Source: Malacoraja senta (taxonomy: Eukaryota). Taken from it: a stretch of DNA of 34,526 bases. The position numbers and the translations under genes were made by a program. The DNA is taken from contig JAXLNO010000377.1 of assembly GCA_038087875.1 (NCBI GenBank), positions 1-34,526 on the forward strand. Reading direction: 5' to 3'. The notes under the pieces were generated by a model that saw only the letters and a program-made list of their open reading frames with translations, ran no database searches and was not told the DNA's origin. Position 1 is the stretch's first letter. Every line of letters begins with the position of its first letter. Below are positions 31,456-34,526 of this stretch, piece after piece.

Positions 31456-32405
31456 CAGGCAGTTCCCGTAATCAGCGAGGTGCATTGTCCAAGGGTCTCA
31501 TTGAAGATCAGAACAGATTCAACGGTTCAATGATACTTTATTGTCACGTGTACTTAAGTTCAGTGAAATTCTTGTCTCACGTAATGCAAAATCACAGCTT
31601 ATGTTCTGCAGGTTCACTGAGGACGTTGGTGTTCTTCCTTCAGGGATAGAGGTCACGGATTTATTGTGATTATCCTTAATGATGGAGCAGCTTTCAAAGG
31701 GGTCTTCTCATCCCAGGTCTTAATGCTCCAGTTCCAAAGAAACCAACCTGTATATCATAGTCATAGAGTGATACAACGTGGAAACAGGCCCTCAGCCCAA
31801 CTTGCCCACACCAACATATCCCAGCTACACTAGTCCCACCTGCCCACGTTTGGCCTAAGCCAATATGCAGACCAACAGGTATTGCATGTCAATTCTTTCC
31901 TAATGGCGCTGGTTCAAGTGCACTCCAGAAACAGTAAATTAAAATTAAAAAACATGCAGCAACTCACTTATTCCTGAGTGCTCTAGGTTACAGATGTAAC
32001 CTTTGAAACCTCACCCGTTCAATATGCAGGTTAGTAATTCATCACACAACCACTGGAATACTGGATGCAGCAATCTATTTTTCAACAAAGTATTATGCAA
32101 TCAATATTAATATTTATAACAGTGATGTACATGTTCACTGGTGCACTGACCTAACTTACAGCTCATCATAGTAATTTCAATATCTACAAAAATGGTAGTT
32201 ACCTGAACAATTTTCATCAACGTTAACACCGTACTGCAGACATTACATTTAACATTTGGAATAATTTTCTGGCTTCTACGTTGAAGAAAATTCATTGCTA
32301 CAAAGTGCCCTTTTGGATTGAATATCTCAAATTCATTCAAAAATGATGCATTTCATGATAGATGAAAATAAGTCCCAAAAGGTAATTCAATCATCATAAA
32401 CATAA

Positions 32406-32648
32406 GGGGTGGCACGGTGGCGCCTTACAGCACCAGAGACCCGGGTTCAATCCTGACTACAGAATTTGTATGTTCTCCTCGTGACCGCATGGGTTTTCTC
32501 CGGGTGCTTTGGTTTTGCACAGGTTTGTAGGTTTATTGGCTTCTATATAGATTTGTAAATTGTAGGATGGTGCTAGTGTATCTCTGGTCAATATGGACTC
32601 GGTGGGCCAAAGGGCCTGTTCCCGCGCTGTATCTCAAAACTAAACTAA
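32406..32648 (+). mobile_element. HE1-type V-SINE with internal deletions
   Basis: GGGGTGGCACGGTGGCGC..TTACAGCACCAGAGACCCGGGTTCAATCC; (AAACT)n tail. Confidence 0.85.
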
Positions 32649-32694
32649 AGATGTTAAAATAATAGTAATTATTTACGGAGCTCACAAGAAGTCT

Positions 32695-32905
32695 AATGAT
32701 GCCTTCCATCATGGGCACAGCCCTCTCTACCATCCAAAGCATCTGCACAAGGTGCTGCATCAGGAAGGTGGCATCCATCATCAAGGATCCTCACCATCTG
32801 GGTAAGACCCCTTTCGTGCTGCTAGTCTTGGGCAGGCGGTACAGAAGCATGAAGTTCCATACCATCAGGTTCAGGAGCAGCGACTTTCCGACAACCATCA
32901 GCTTC
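32695..32905 (+). mobile_element. Old Rex1/Babar-like RT C-terminal remnant
   Basis: ORF 32696..32941 SIMGTALSTIQSICTRCCIRKVASIIKDPHH...GRRYRSMK..TIRFRSS.FP aligns by eye with 9505..9918. Confidence 0.8.
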
Positions 32906-32960
32906 GAAACCGATCTGTACAAACATCTTAGTCTAAACTGAACTGTACATTGGAGAGTAT

Positions 32961-32965
<5 letters not shown>

Positions 32966-33022
<57 letters not shown>
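32966..33022. repeat. (AT)n microsatellite; compound (TA/CA/TG) repeat follows at 33098-33192
   Basis: Read directly from the sequence. Confidence 0.95.
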
Positions 33023-33027
<5 letters not shown>

Positions 33028-33937
33028 CATACTCACTCTCCAATGTGTAGAGAGTGGATGAAAAAGTAGGATAACAGAACACTGTTCTGTTTTATTTGTA
33101 TATATATATATACACACACACACAAATGCACACGCATGTATATATATATTGTGTGTATATATATATAATATACAGTATATATGTATATATACAAACAATA
33201 ATAGTTATTTACAAACAATAATAGTTAGAGGCCAATTAACCTTGTACCCACATTTCTTTACGCCTCTATTTCCCAAAAGGAATGAAAATGACCTTCAATC
33301 CCTCTCCTGCATTTCACACATTAAGCCAGAAAGTTGATGCTAATACAGAACAAAAATTAGTCGAGCATGCAGACATGATGACATTACTGTTTGCAAGCGT
33401 GCAGGTCTCATTTGAGGCGGTTAATCCTTGGCATGCAGTTATTGTTGTAATTGGAAATGATGCTCAAACAGCCAAGAGAAGGAATAGGTATGAAGGCACG
33501 TCCAGAAGTTCTGTTAGAGTGAGCAATCTACATCTGTGCTGAGCACAAATGAGAACAAAAGTTTCATCATTTGTGAGTTCATGTTACTTTATATAACCTC
33601 GTCTCGGGAGAATTGCTGAATACTGTGGGTTTTACTTAACTGTAAAAAATTATAATTGCATTTTATGGCGTTTCCATCATTGATACAACCCTCATTAAAG
33701 AACAGACAAGGGTTGCTAATGTCACGGGCACAGACCAACGCATCCAAAGCATTATTTGCTAATGAAGTTGTACAATTCTTTTAAAGCTCCCAGTTCAGTC
33801 AGTGGTATCATGTAGATGTTCACTTGTCATGCTTTTTGGGAAATAAAGAGCCATAAAGACTTGTGCCGACAAGGTTAATTGACCTCTGTAAAATAAATTG
33901 CTATTATTCTTTGTATGTTTTTTTAATATATATATCT

Positions 33938-34240
33938 TTTAGTTTAGAGATACAGCGCGGAAACAGGGCTCTTCGGCCAACTGAGTCCACACCGACCAGT
34001 GATCCCCGCACATTAACACTACCCTACAAAACACGAGGGACAATTTTACATTGATACCAAGCCAATTAACCTACAAACCTGTACGTATTTAGAGTGTGGG
34101 AGGGAACCGAAGATCTCGGCGAAAACCCACGCAGGTCACGGGGTCAACTCAACGTACAAACTCTGTACGGACAGCACCCGTAGTCAGGATCGAATCCGAG
34201 TCTCTGGCGCTCTAACGCAGCAGCTCTACCGTGCCACCCA
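33938..34240 (-). mobile_element. HE1-type V-SINE, followed by a plus-strand SINE 3' part at 34266-34380
   Basis: Minus-strand GGGTGGCACGGTAGAGCTGCTGC...GATTCGATCC, V-domain, (AAACT)n tail. Confidence 0.88.
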
Positions 34241-34526
34241 TTTTATATCTTTCTCTCTCTCTCTCTAATGTGTAGAGAGTGGATGGGAAAGTGGAATAAC
34301 ATAGAACTAGTATGAATGGATGATCGATGGTTGGCATGGATCCAGTGGGCCGAAGGGCCTGTTTCCATGCTGTGTCTTTAATAACAAATAGCCAATAATA
34401 AAACAGAGAAGGCAACATTCTTGGAAACTGACTATCATTTTGAAAAACTTTGCTTATTTTTTCCCAGTTCTGACAATGAATACATAAAATGATTCTTTGT
34501 TATACCCTTTTCACAGTTAAACTCAC

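Noticed and set aside
1..34526. CRISPR array or prokaryotic operon/defence system
   Set aside because: No regularly spaced repeats with unique spacers and no gene-dense organisation; the content is vertebrate interspersed repeats.

Overview
Repeat-saturated, AT-rich vertebrate non-coding DNA (intronic or intergenic), most likely from an elasmobranch (skate, ray or shark). This is inferred from tRNA-derived HE1-type V-SINEs and HER1/CR1-clade LINE 3' fragments. No intact host protein-coding gene is recognisable; the ORF track consists of LINE remnants (CR1 ORF2 C-terminus, Rex1/Babar C-terminus), antisense frames, microsatellites and chance ORFs. Other repeats: Penelope-like palindromes with degenerate minimal hammerhead motifs, a Harbinger-like MITE with a TTA target-site duplication (TSD), two ~800-bp GC-rich non-autonomous retroposons, and L2- and Rex1-type tails. 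The best observation is two independent insertions (30322-30460 on +, 30626-30761 on -) of a ~140-nt retroposon, each with its own TSD. Its first 54 nt fold by eye into a complete minimal HDV-like self-cleaving ribozyme starting exactly at G1, followed by a structured 3' half and an (AAG)n tail. Family names come from pattern recognition, not database searches, and many old-repeat boundaries are approximate (about 10-20 bp).
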